Assembly (NCBI GenBank): GCA_026770705.1
Contig: JANJGN010000052.1
Coordinates: 1,364,001-1,428,000, forward strand
Source of the DNA: Isurus oxyrinchus
Lineage: Eukaryota
DNA: 64,000 bases
Direction of reading: 5' to 3'
The notes below the pieces were generated by a model that saw only the letters and a list, made by a program, of their open reading frames with translations, made no database searches and was not told the origin of the DNA. Numbering within the stretch: the first letter of the stretch is position 1; each line of letters begins with the position of its first letter. Below are positions 25,155 through 37,200 of this stretch, piece by piece. The position numbers and the translations under genes were made by a program.

Positions 25155-25294
25155 ACTTCCTCATTTTGTCTCACAGAGACACATCAATCCTTTCTAATTA
25201 AACACACAGAGGGAGCAGCACAGGAAGAGGTCATTCAGCCCAAGCAGAGCGTGTGGGCAGTTCCTCCCCAGGCGAGCAGTCGGACAGGTCCTGG
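25155..25294 (+). promoter_or_regulatory. Gene C promoter / non-coding exon 1
   Basis: ACTTCCTCATTTTG ETS motif; donor after 25294. Confidence 0.55.
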
Positions 25295-25744
25295 GTAAGT
25301 AACGGAACGATTGGAATTCACTTCCACCACCAACACCGTCCTTTGTTGATGTTGTGACTTTATAAAGACAGATTCCAATGATTGATGCCTTTGAAAGATT
25401 TCTACTGATTATTGAGATCTGGGTGTGAGGCTCAAGTCTGTTGTACAGAACATCTTTCTAGCTCAAGGGATGAGGGAACTGCAGAGACATGAGCTTTGGG
25501 ACATCCTGAGATAGTGAAAGATGCTATAGAAATGCAAATCAATCATTGTTTGTCTTACTTAAAGCCTTGTAACTCTCTGCAGAGCACCTATCATCCCACA
25601 GAGAATCAAATTAGTCTGTGAAGACATTGTCTAAAAGCAGTTCTGATCTCTCGAGAGCTGTCGGACAAGAGGTGAGGTCTCATTAACTCCTTTCGCTTTC
25701 ACAGCTTGAGAGTGAGAAGTGGATGGAATATCTGGGAGTGGACG

Positions 25745-28700
25745 ATGGTCGGGAAATCTTACTTCCTCCTGTCACTTCTCCAAGGTAATATCATCATCAG
25801 CTCGGACAGATATATGTTTAACAGTCTTTGTAAAAGATCATTCTTATCTCTTTATCTCTGTAACCTCCTGCAACTCACCCAAACAACTTCCCAGATCTCT
25901 GTGTTACTCCAATTCCGGCCTCTTGACCATCCCTCGATTCCCATCACTCCAATACTGGCGGCCGGGCCTTCAGCTGCCTGGGGCCTGAGCTCTGGAATTC
26001 ACTCGCTAAACCTCGGCGATGGAGGAGCTCAGAGGGTTTCATTTTACTGAGAATCACCACGACAACATCACAGCTGCAGTGAGAATAGACAGAGAGTCCA
26101 GCCCTCACACTTCCTGCACAGTTTCACCATAGCAACCACAATATGGAAATTTAAAAATAACTGAAAGTTAAACTGAAGCTCAAACCAGTCAGTGTAGAGA
26201 GATGAGATGTTTACACAGTTTCCCTGTGTGTCTTGTAGACACTGTGTTGGGTGGAAGACTGGCTTCACTAAACAGGGTCCTGAGGACCATGAGCCAATGT
26301 AGAATGAACTTGTCCACTCCTGTGTCCAGGATTCTCTTCCATCCATTGTGAAACCTTGGGGAGTTCCATGTGTGTCCTGTAGATGGTCCACACTGCAGCC
26401 ACTGTGCCCCAGTGATGGAGGGGGTGGATATCGAGTCTAGTGGATCTACAAACCTTCCAGAGTTAAATATTGACATTTCTCTCTCCAGTTGGACTGTCAC
26501 AAGAGTGGAAAGGCGACACTCCACGAGAGGTGGCAGCGCAGGAAGGTTCCTGTGTACAGATTCCATGTCATTACAGTTAATCATCACATTTCGTAGGGAG
26601 ATCACGTGTCGGAATCTGGTTGAAAGGAATAGATGGGAACCCTACAGCCTAAATGGTCTATAGCCTTTCATTCCGAGGGTCACAGTCACAGGGATCAAAG
26701 ATTCCGCCATCGTACCCGGCTGTCTGGAGACCTGAAAGATGGCGACTGTTCCCTGATTATAAACAACATCAGACAGAAAGATGCAGGACCTTATTTTTTT
26801 CAGAATAGAATTTGACAGCAGGAATAGTTAAAGCTACTATCCTGTAACCCAGCTTCACGTTTCTGGTAAGTGCTGTGTTATAATTACTCACCAATTCACA
26901 TTCAACACTCAATGGGAAATAACACAAACTGTGACATTTACATATTAACACAAAACACAGTTTATTATAACACACTGTCTGATTCTCAATAACCTGGTGA
27001 TAGCTTCCAGTTCAGTCCTAAAGCAACCTCTAATACTCACTTTAATATCAATGATGAAAAGCATTAACTGTATTATCAGGTTATCCATTCCCATCAATCT
27101 CTCCTGTCCTGTTTAAAAGTCTGACGTATCGATAAAAGAAAGATGTGCATTTCTGCAGCGCAATTTACCACCTCAGGAGGATCCAAATCCCTTCACAGCC
27201 AATGAAATTATTCCTGAATTGTAGTCACAGATGTTAAACACAGCAGGCAGTTTGTGCACAGCAAGATCCAACAAACCACAAGGTGATAAATCACCCAGAT
27301 CACTGAGGAAATGAGAGGCCAGTGAACCCTAACCTCTGGTCTGATGAAGAGTCATACGGACTCGAAACGTTAACCCTGGCTTCCTCTCCACTGATACTGT
27401 CAGATCTGCTGGGCCTTTCCAGCAATTTTTGTTTTTGTTTCAGATTTCCAGCATCCACAGTATTCTGCTTTTAACTCCAATCTCTGGTCTGAGCCTCTTC
27501 TCTCATCCAGTGTTCTCAATTCACATGTCTCGGAGTGAACGTGTATTAAGCTGAGAGACAGAAACACTACTGCCAAAGAGCAAGAAAATCTTTCCTGATC
27601 ATTGTAACCTCTCAGTTCTGATATCATCCTTGTAAAAGTGCTTTCTCTTGTGGGACTGTGATTTCTATTTGAACTGATGCTTCACGTTATATTTCTCTAA
27701 AAGGATCCATTCTCTGTCTGTTAGAATTCACAGATAAACCCATGATATTCCCTGCTGAAATTATTGCAGGAAAGCGTGTGGATGTAAGCTGCACCTTCAA
27801 TACAACGTGCAATGGAACAGCAGCACCTGTCTTAACCTGGGACACTCCCACTGACGTACCTGGATCAGTCTCAAACACTGTAACTCAGCATGGTGTCACT
27901 CTGACCTATACTTCTGTTCTGACCCTGATCCCATCACTCAAACACCACGGACACAATCTCAGCTGCAGAGTGAGATATCCATCTGTTTCATCGGAGCGGA
28001 CCCTTGTACTAACTGTGCAAGGTAAGTACGGACACCCTTCATTCTACATCAGCACTCCCTCAGTGCTGACCCTCTGACAGTGCAGCCCGTTCTCAGTATC
28101 CACATTCTCATGCCTCTCAAAGTGCTTCACAGTCGATAGAAGTTAATTGATCTTTATTTGATTATTGCTGAATGAAGAGACAAGCTGTCTAAACTTTACA
28201 TCTCGCACACACCATTCTCCATGGCAACACCGCCACCTATCAGAGACCACTTGCCAACCAATCAGCACTCTCTTCCCATTAAGTATAAATTGTTGTTCAC
28301 TTTCTGTCGGTAATCCTGTGAACGGGGTTCTTGATTCCCTCCCTGACATCTTAATGTCCCAATGAACAGAACAAGTTCCAACAATGAGCTGTGGTTTGTG
28401 ATTCCTCACGTTACATCCAGGGACACTGGAGACTATCAGTGTGTGGCAGAGAATGAACATGGAGCAGTGGAGGGATTCATAACCATCACTGTGGAACGTG
28501 AGTGTACACAGACTTCAACATCTCTCTCAGATTCGAACACTACACAAACACCCTCAAACATACACATCTAAGTAGACACATGCAGACACACATATATGAC
28601 CACACAGAAAGACACACTCACACACAAACACACTAACACACACTCCCCTGTGGGCTACCTGACCTCCCTCAGTACTGCCCTGGAGAGTTGGCCTGAATTC

Positions 28701-30300
28701 TGGGATTTGTGTTCCCATTCATATTTATGCAAGAATATGGAAATTACAAAGTCTATTACAGACACTCAGATGCATAGAGACATTCACAGATACTCTCTGC
28801 CTCTCCAACTCTCTCTCTCCCTTTAAGAAGCTTCCTGAAAGCTCACCCTTCGAACAATCACCGGTCCCAAATCCTCCTTATCTGATTTGTGTGATTTTCT
28901 TTGTGTATTTGAGAGTAAGAGAGAGGTGGAGAGGTTTAGGAGGAGAATTCCTGTTGGTGAAAAGCTTACATCATGTTCTCACCTTTCCAGTGCCCATATT
29001 TCACATGATGTCCAATGTCCTTGTTCATAATGGGGATTGCCTATGTAAACGTCACACTGTAGTTACAGCCTCCCACCAGTGGTGGCATTGTAGCCCTTAA
29101 TCCTTGTGTTTCCCAGCTTTTCAAGCAACTCCACTTCCCAGTTTGCTACACAAGCTGTGAGTTCATTGGAATTCAATTATTTCTCAAACGGTAGATTTGA
29201 TGTCATTTTATTGAAAACTTCCTCAGCGCCTCCCTGAAGGGTTTACACTCTCTGGGAAGCAGGAATAGGCTGGATGTTGGGGAGTTCATCTTTTCCCAGA
29301 GAGTAGGGATCCTCGGCAATGTGTTGTCAGTGGGTGTGGTGGTTGCTGATTCTCTGTCGCCTTCAAGAGGGATCTGGAGTCGTTACTGACTGGGGGAGAG
29401 ATCATGGAAACGGAGAATGATACAGCACAGGAGGAGGCCATTCAGTCCATTGTGCCTGTGCCAGGTCTTTCAATGTTCTATCCAATCAGATCCACTAACC
29501 ACCACTCCACTTTGCCCCCATCTTCCTACTTTAAGTATTTATCCAATTTCCCTTTTGAAAGTTCCTATTGAATCTGCTTCCACCGCCCTTTCAGGCAGCA
29601 CCTTCCAGATCACAACTCGCTCTGTCAAAACAAATTCTCCTCATCTCCCCCTCCGGTTCGTCAATCTGTGTCCCTCTGGTTACCGAGCCTCCTGCCCCTT
29701 AAATACATCGATACTGTTCACCTCAACCACTCCCTGTGGGAGCGAGTTCCACATTCTCCCCTCTCTCTGGGTAAAGATTGGAACTGTTTATTAAGCGGGG
29801 GGTGTAAGTCCGTGGGGGAGTCCATCTCGATCCTGCCCGATTCGCACACACGTCCGAGATGAATTTCCACCCTGCACAAAACGTTTCCAGAATTTTCTAC
29901 AGCACAATCCTGTACACAGCGATGGAGAGAAACATTGGACAGGGAGTCCAACAGCACAATGATCCATTCTCACCAATGTTCCACGCTAAGGGGAAAGTTC
30001 CGATTGTCCACTCTTCGAGTGTTTACAATGAAAACATTCATTCCACATTGAATCCCAATATTACAGCAAATGTTGCAGTGATATGAAGCTTGATTGTTCA
30101 GCCAGAGTGAGAGATTGAAAGCGGAGAGTCAGTGATGATTTCTTTCTGTGTGTTCTCTAGACAGTGGAGGAGAGATTCTGCACGTGATCCTGATCCTGGG
30201 AATACGAGCTGTGATATTCCTTGTGGCTGTGGTTATCACTATCGCTGGAGTCTGTGTCTGGGAGAGACAAACAGTGAAAGGAAGTCGACAGACTGTTTGA
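25745..30300 (+). pseudogene. Gene C: Siglec-like activating-type pseudogene, L-V(psi)-C2-C2(truncated)-TM(Arg)
   Basis: Leader 25745-25784; V 26489-26865 with TAA at 26578-26580, two frameshifts and a second stop; C2 27725-28021 intact; C2b remnant ~28345-28497; TM/terminal exon 30161-30300. Confidence 0.8.
30161..30300 (+). CDS. Gene C transmembrane/terminal exon with intramembrane Arg and short tail
   Basis: Pyrimidine tract and AG at 30159-30160; phase 1; SGGEILHVILILGIRAVIFLVAVVITIAGVCVWERQTVKGSRQTV*; Arg codon 30205-30207. Confidence 0.75.
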
Positions 30301-30419
30301 AGCTTTGTACAGCAACAATCTGGTCAGTCAGTGCGGACAAATAACGTGTGATATTGGGTTAAGTTGTAATGAAACTGGTCAGTGTCCTGGTTAGAATCAC
30401 CTTCGTATCAGAGAGGCAT

Positions 30420-31020
30420 TCCAGCAGACTGGGAGCCCATTCAGCCCATCGACTCCATGCTGTCTCTCTGTAGAGCAATCCAGTCAGTCCCATTCCCCCG
30501 CTCTATCCCCGTATCCCTGCAAGTTTATTTCCCCTCAAGTGTCCATCCAATTTCCTTTTGAAATCGTTCATCGTCTCCACTTCCACCATCCTCGTAGGCA
30601 GCGAGTTCCAGCTCATTACCACTCGCTGTGTAAAAAAGTTCCTCCTCACATCCCCCCTCTGCCCAAAACCTTCAATCTGTGTCCCCCAGTCCTTGTCCCA
30701 TCAGCTAATGGCAACAGCTTCTCTTTGTCTACCTTATCTAAACCCATCATCATCTTGTACACCTCGATCAGATCCCCCCTCAATCTCCTTTGCTCCAAGG
30801 AGAACAACCCCAGCTTCTCCAACCCAACCTTGTAGCTAAAATCCCTCATCCCTGGACCCATTCTGCTCAATCTCCTCCCCACCCTCTCAAGGACCCTCAC
30901 TTCCTTCCCAAAGTGAGGAGACCAGAACTGGACACAATACTCTAGTTGTGACCTAACCAGAGCTTTATAAATGTTCAGCATAACCTCCCTGTGTTTGTAC
31001 TCAATCCCTCGATTTATGAA
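30420..31020 (-). mobile_element. CR1 LINE 3' fragment
   Basis: YKALVRSQLEYCVQFWSP...LGLFSLEQRRLRGDLIEVYK, typical CR1 ORF2 C-terminus. Confidence 0.85.
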
Positions 31021-31739
31021 AAGCTTATTCTTTCCATCAGCACAAACAGCAATTTCCAAGCGGACTCCCATCAGCAGACAGAGTGCAATGAAACATCGGC
31101 ATGCCTGCTTCTTAATGTACGGAGAGAAACCTGGAACGAGAGATTCTCCTTCTTCTCCTCAGCAAGCTGAAACTTTTCCTTATACCTGGTGCTCCCCAGT
31201 CCTGCTGTGTGGACACGTCATAACCACGGCATTGTCTGGCTGTGTGCAGCCAACATGGTCGAATAGGAATGAACAGAAATGTGACATTGCTAAACTCTGT
31301 TCTCTGATTGGAATGTGCTTTCTGAATGCTGCACCTTTTTCATGCTGCGATAGATTGTAAGAAGCATTTGGGTTATGAATAAAATTACATTGATTTACTC
31401 AACTGATTAAAATGCTCAGCCTGTTCTGTAGATATTTATAGATTAAAATTCTTATTTTGAAGCCAAATTTTTGGCTCAAAGACATTACTTCATGTTGTTA
31501 CATTTGTTCTATCATACGAATTCCTGTGCCCATCTTTATAATAGAAATTTCCCATGTAAACATGTCACATTGTAGTTTCACACTCCTGCCAGTGGTGGTG
31601 CCATTCCAAAGCTGTCTTGCTGCACCGACACAGTGAGAAATATTCTCGACGTGTACATGATGTTGTTGTTACAGGACATCAGGCGGAACCTTGGGCAGTG
31701 CCTAGAATGCACTTAAGACATTGCAGACCACGCTCAGAA

Positions 31740-33420
31740 CTGACAGTGCAGCGTTTCCTCAATCCTGACCCTCGGTCGGTGCAGCACTGCCTCATTACTG
31801 TCCCTCTGACAGTGCTGCACTACCTCATTATTGACCCTTTTCAAGTGCAGCACCCCGTCAGTACTGACCTTCTGACAGTGCAGCACTCCCTCATGGATGA
31901 CAATCTGACAGTGCAGCACTCCCTCAGTACTCACTCACCCACAGTGCAGCATTCCCTCAGTACTGATCCTCTGATACTGTATCCCTCCCTCACTACTGAC
32001 CTTCCGACAGTTCGGAACTCCATCGGTACACACCTTCTGACTGTTCAGCACTCCCACAGTGCTGACAAACTGACAGTGCAGCATTCCCTCAGTAGTGACC
32101 CTCTGACACTGTATCCCCCCCTCACGACTGACCTTCCGACAGTTCAGCACTCCCTCAGTACTGACGCTCCCACAGTGCAGCACTCCCTCAATTCTCACCC
32201 TCCCACAGTGCAGCCCTCCCTCTGTACACACCCTCCCACAGTGCAGCACTCCCTCAGTACTCCCCCTCCCACAGTGCAGCACTCTCTCAGTACTCCCCCT
32301 CCCACAGTGCAGCACTCCCTCAGTACTCAACCTCCCACAGTGCTGTGCGAGTTGTTTCAATCAAGACTGATGCCCAAAGAGGGAGGTTTCATTGCAAAAT
32401 CATTGAAATCGGTGAAAATTATTTTTAGGCTTACGGGAACAAGACTTAGTTCCTCAAATCCTTTCTTTTGCAATAACACACAGTACAAGAATGTCTGTTT
32501 AAATAAATTCCAGTTAAACTTTGCTATGAAAGGATATCTCCTCACGCTCCGCTCTACCTCAGTACTAACCCTCCCACAGTCCGGCACACTCTCATTACTG
32601 ACCCTCCAACTGTGCGGAACTCACTCAGTACAGACCCTCCGACAGTGCAGCACTCCCACACTACTGACCCTCTAACAGTGCAGCCCTCCCACATTACTGA
32701 CCCTCTGACAGTGCAGCACTCCCTCATTACTGACCATCTGACAGTGCAGACCTCCCACATTACTGACCCTCTGACAGTGCAGCCCTCCCACATTACTGAC
32801 CCTCTGACAGTGCAGCCCTCCCACATTACTGTCCCTCTGACAGTGCAGCACTCCCTCAGTACTCACTCTCCCACAGTGCAGCACTCCCTCAGTACTCACA
32901 CTCCCACAGTGCAGCACTCCCTCAGTACTCACCCTCCCACTGTGCAGCTCTCCCTCAGTACTCACCCTCCCACAGTGCAGCACACCCTCAGTACTCACCC
33001 TCCCACTGTGCTGTGCGAGTTGTTTCAATCAAGACTTTCGCCCAAAGAGGCAGGTTTCAATGCTAAATCATTGAAATCTGTGAAAATTATTTTTAGGCTT
33101 ACGGGAACAAGACTTAGTTCCTCAAATCCTTTCTTTTGCAATAACACACAGTACAAGAATTGTGTTTAAATAAATTCCAGTTAAACTTTGCCATGAAAGG
33201 ATATCTCCTCACACTCCACTCTACCTCAGTACTAACCCTCCCACAGTCCAGCACCTCCTCAATACTGACCCTCCAACTGTGCGGAACTCACTCAGTACAG
33301 ACCCTCCGACAGTTCAGCACTCCCACATTACTGACCCTCTGACAGTGCAGCCCTCCCACATTACTGACCCTCTGATAGTGCAGCCCTCCCACAGTACAGT
33401 GCCGCTGACAGTGCAGCACT
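31740..33420. repeat. 33-bp minisatellite arrays (inverted copy of 19050-21240)
   Basis: TVQHSLSTHPP periodic ORFs. Confidence 0.9.
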
Positions 33421-33651
33421 CCCTCCGTAATGATAACAGGGATCGTTGAAATGTATCATAAGGCCAGAGACCTGTATTGGGGACGCTATCGCCTGAGTTT
33501 CAGCCTCCGAGGTGAGGAGGAGGAGTCTAATCCCACGGAGCCAATGGAGAAGCTTCATGACTACAGCTGCCCAAATATGAGCTGACAGATCATCACATGG
33601 TAAACGTTTTGCTGAGAGCACAAAACATCCTCGATCTTCTCACTGGTTACC

Positions 33652-33792
33652 CACTTCCTCATTTTGTCTCACAGTGACACATCCACCCTTTCTAATTAAA
33701 CACACAGAGGGAGCAGCACAGGAAGAGGTCATTCAGCCCAAGCAGAGCATGTGGGCAGTTCCTCCCCAGGCGAGCAGTCGGACAGGTCCTGG
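33652..33792 (+). promoter_or_regulatory. Gene B promoter / non-coding exon 1
   Basis: CACTTCCTCATTTTG PU.1-like site 33652-33666; donor GTAAGT at 33793. Confidence 0.55.
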
Positions 33793-34242
33793 GTAAGTAA
33801 CGGAACGATTGGAATTCACTTCCACCACCAACACCGTCCTTTGTTGATGTTGTGACTTTATAAAGACAGATTCCAATGATTGATGCCTTTGAAAGATTTC
33901 TACTGATTATTGAGATCTGGGTGTGAGGCTCAAGTCTGTTGTACAGAACATCTTTCTAGCTCAAGGGATGAGGGAAGTGCAGAGACATGAGCTTTGGGAT
34001 GTCTTGAGGTGGTGAAAGGTGCTATAGAAATGCAAATCCTTCAATGTTTTTCTTTCTTAAAGCCTTGTAACTCTCTGCAGAGCACCTATCATCCCACAGA
34101 GAATCAAATTAGTCTGTCAAGACATTGTCCAAAAACAGTTCTGATCTCTTGAGAGCTGTCGGACAAGAGATGAGGTCTCATTAACTCCTTTCTCTTTCAG
34201 AGTTTGAGAGTCAGAAGCTTATGAAATATCTGGGAGTGGACT

Positions 34243-34282
34243 ATGATCGGGAAATCCTACTTCCTCCTGTCACTTCTCCAAG
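34243..34282 (+). CDS. Gene B leader exon (MIGKSYFLLSLLQ)
   Basis: ATG 34243, GT at 34283; acceptor AG ends at 34200. Confidence 0.85.
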
Positions 34283-37200
34283 GTAATAACATCGTCAGCT
34301 CGGACAGTTTATGGCTAATAGTCTTTGTAAAAGATCATTCTTATTGAGTGTGATTGGGAACAGATTCAGCAGTGATCCAGTGTACAAACTCAAACCAAGT
34401 CCCATTCACCCATCACCCCTGTGCTCACTGATATACACTGACTCCCTGTCTGACAGCAGAATTGGAGGAGAGCAGAGATCACAGAGGGTTTTATGGTTGG
34501 AGGTGGTTACAGGGATTGGGAGTGTAGAGGGGGGATGGTGGGGTAAGAAATCGATGATGAGAATTTGAAATTTGAGTCATTGCTGGACTGGGAGCCAGTG
34601 TAGTTCAGCCAGTGACAGGGGAGCGATCGGCTGAATAGAGAATCAGGAACACCAACTGGGGGATGAGGTCTATCCTGATGCTGGGACTCGGATAACAATA
34701 CCCTGAAATTTTGTGTCTTTTGCTGATTTTGTCAGAATTTCCCATGAAGACAACACAGCAGCTCCTAGAATAGACAGGCTGTTCAGTGTCACACTTCCTG
34801 TCCATTCTCACCTTGCTAGATACTTCAATAAGGGAGCAAGATAACTGAAAGAGAGAAGGAAGGTAAAGCTGTCTCTGTGTAAAACTGTCAAATATTATGA
34901 GTTATCATGATTGTCTCTGATCTGCTGCAGAGTTTAAAGTTCTCAGAACATTAGCACTTTGCAGCTCAGAGAGAGACCATTGACTCACTGCCTGAAAGGC
35001 CGGTGGAAGCAGATTCAACAGGAACTTTCAGAAGGGGAACTGGATAAATACTTGAAGGGGACATTTTGCAGGGCTGTGGAGGAGAGAGCAGAGGTTAGAG
35101 TGGGACTAATTGGGCAGATCTTTCAAAGGCCCAGCACAGGCTCGATGGGCCAAATGGCATCCTTCTGTTCCGGATCATTCCACAATCTGATAAATTAAGC
35201 CCCAGATCAGTAACTCTTCAGGCTCCTGCTGCAGGGATGGATCTTTGAGAAGGACAGGGAACAAGAGGTTCCTGGTATCATTTTCATATTTCTTGACAAT
35301 TACATAAGTGTATAGATCTGTTGAATATTTGAGTCTCTAAAGCGTAGAGGTAATCTGCTGTTATGTCGAGATCTTGTGGTGGCAAAATTGTCTGGAGGTT
35401 TCTTTAATTGCTCACATTGATCTGTGGGATTGTCATTCTTTGATGTTGTCCCTGGTTTCAATTGACATTACACCCTTGATGCAATTGAGGAGGCTTTAAA
35501 CTAATATAGCAGGGGATGGGATCCCGAGAGGAGGTTCAACAGAGAGAGATGCACAGCCAAAATTAGAAGGGAGCAAATGAACCTGGAAGGCATAGAAATT
35601 ATTGGCCATTTAAGGCTCAAGATAGCGTGGTAAAGTTGGATTGTATTAATTTTAATGCAAGGAGTCTGACAGACTTGCATTCTCCTGCAGGTGTAATGTT
35701 GCTGCTCCCTTGAAACTGCCAATATTGTTGAATCTTTCTGCATATTTCAATGTTATGTTATGAACTGAGTTTATGGGATAGTTTCTGAGACTGGGACAGA
35801 CATAAATCCATTGGCTTTCGGCCGGACCGGACAATCTTGGAAGTGGGCGGGGCCAGAAAATCCCACCCCTATGGGAACATTTTCAGTTTATTTGATGTGC
35901 CCAGAGAGATCAATAAAGACCACAATCCACAATTTATTGGCAAGCCACATCAGGATATGTGTGAGAGGTGGAATATCGATCACCGCTCCTAGTCTCGTCG
36001 TATACATCATCGCCATTTCCTGGTTTGTCAGTCACCACATTTATATGTTCCTGATGGGATAGCGGATGGTCATTCTTATTGCTTGAAGGTTCCCCGTTGT
36101 GTAGGGTCTGTTTGGATCAGTGCACATCTCTTTGTAGCTGCATCAGCCTTTGCTCTAGTGCGCTGCCGCTGTCAATGGCCCTTTCTGCCACAAGCCTTGC
36201 AGGATTGGTGGAAAGCTGGGCATTTCCTTGGTGCCTGCAGAAGGCCCCACCTTCCACACGTCTCACTAGGTTTGGATGTTCTAGTGAGTGTGTCAACAAT
36301 TGATGTTGTACTGAGGACCTGTAAGCTTCGTTGACCTGCGAGGATCACTTCGTATTTATGTCCATCCTTGAGTAACTCTTCAATGCTATAGGTTTTGGTC
36401 TTATCTAGCAGATCTTTCTGGAAGGCTTCCATGGGAGTGGATGTGATCACCAACTCAACAACTCTGTCTGCAGACTCTGTGTTTGAAATCACAGTGCGTA
36501 CCCTTTTCTCTACATTGGCTGATGAAGTGGTCTATGGATTGTGTAGGCTGATGAAATGACATAAACTCTAGTTGATGAATATGGAGTTTAACCTGATTCT
36601 GAACCTGTCTTCCAATGTCGTCCATATCTATTGGGGATCCTTTCGCTCTTCTGCTGTTAATCCTGACGTGTTCAGCCTGTGTAGACCTTCATTCCCAATC
36701 GCGAGGTGAATTTTTATGGCTTGTTGGTCTGGTTCACTCACACCTGAATCAGGAAACCAGAGCTCTGTCCGCTGTTTAAACATTCTGAATTCAGATAGTC
36801 GGTCAGCTACATCCCAGTTCAAACTGGGGAATTTAGTGGACATTCTGACAATATCAGAACAGATATACAAGGATATAAAGCTGGGAGACACCTGCAGCCA
36901 AACTGTGTGAGCTGTGTTCTGCTCACAGGCCAAAGTGAAACTTGGACTGGATGGTGTTACCATCCCAGCTGTGGTTACTACTGGGCAAGTCAGATCCCAG
37001 TGTGGAACTCAGCTTGACAGGTCCTAACTTTTATTTTTTATTTAGGAATGTGGAGTGCAGCTACTGAACAGAGTCACAGGAGTCATCTGATGAACTTCTA
37101 ACAAAAGAATAAAACATTTATTAAACTAGGAAAGACAAACTATATGACATTACTCATTCACCCAGACCTATACCTTTACAGATTCATAAGTAGAACACAA

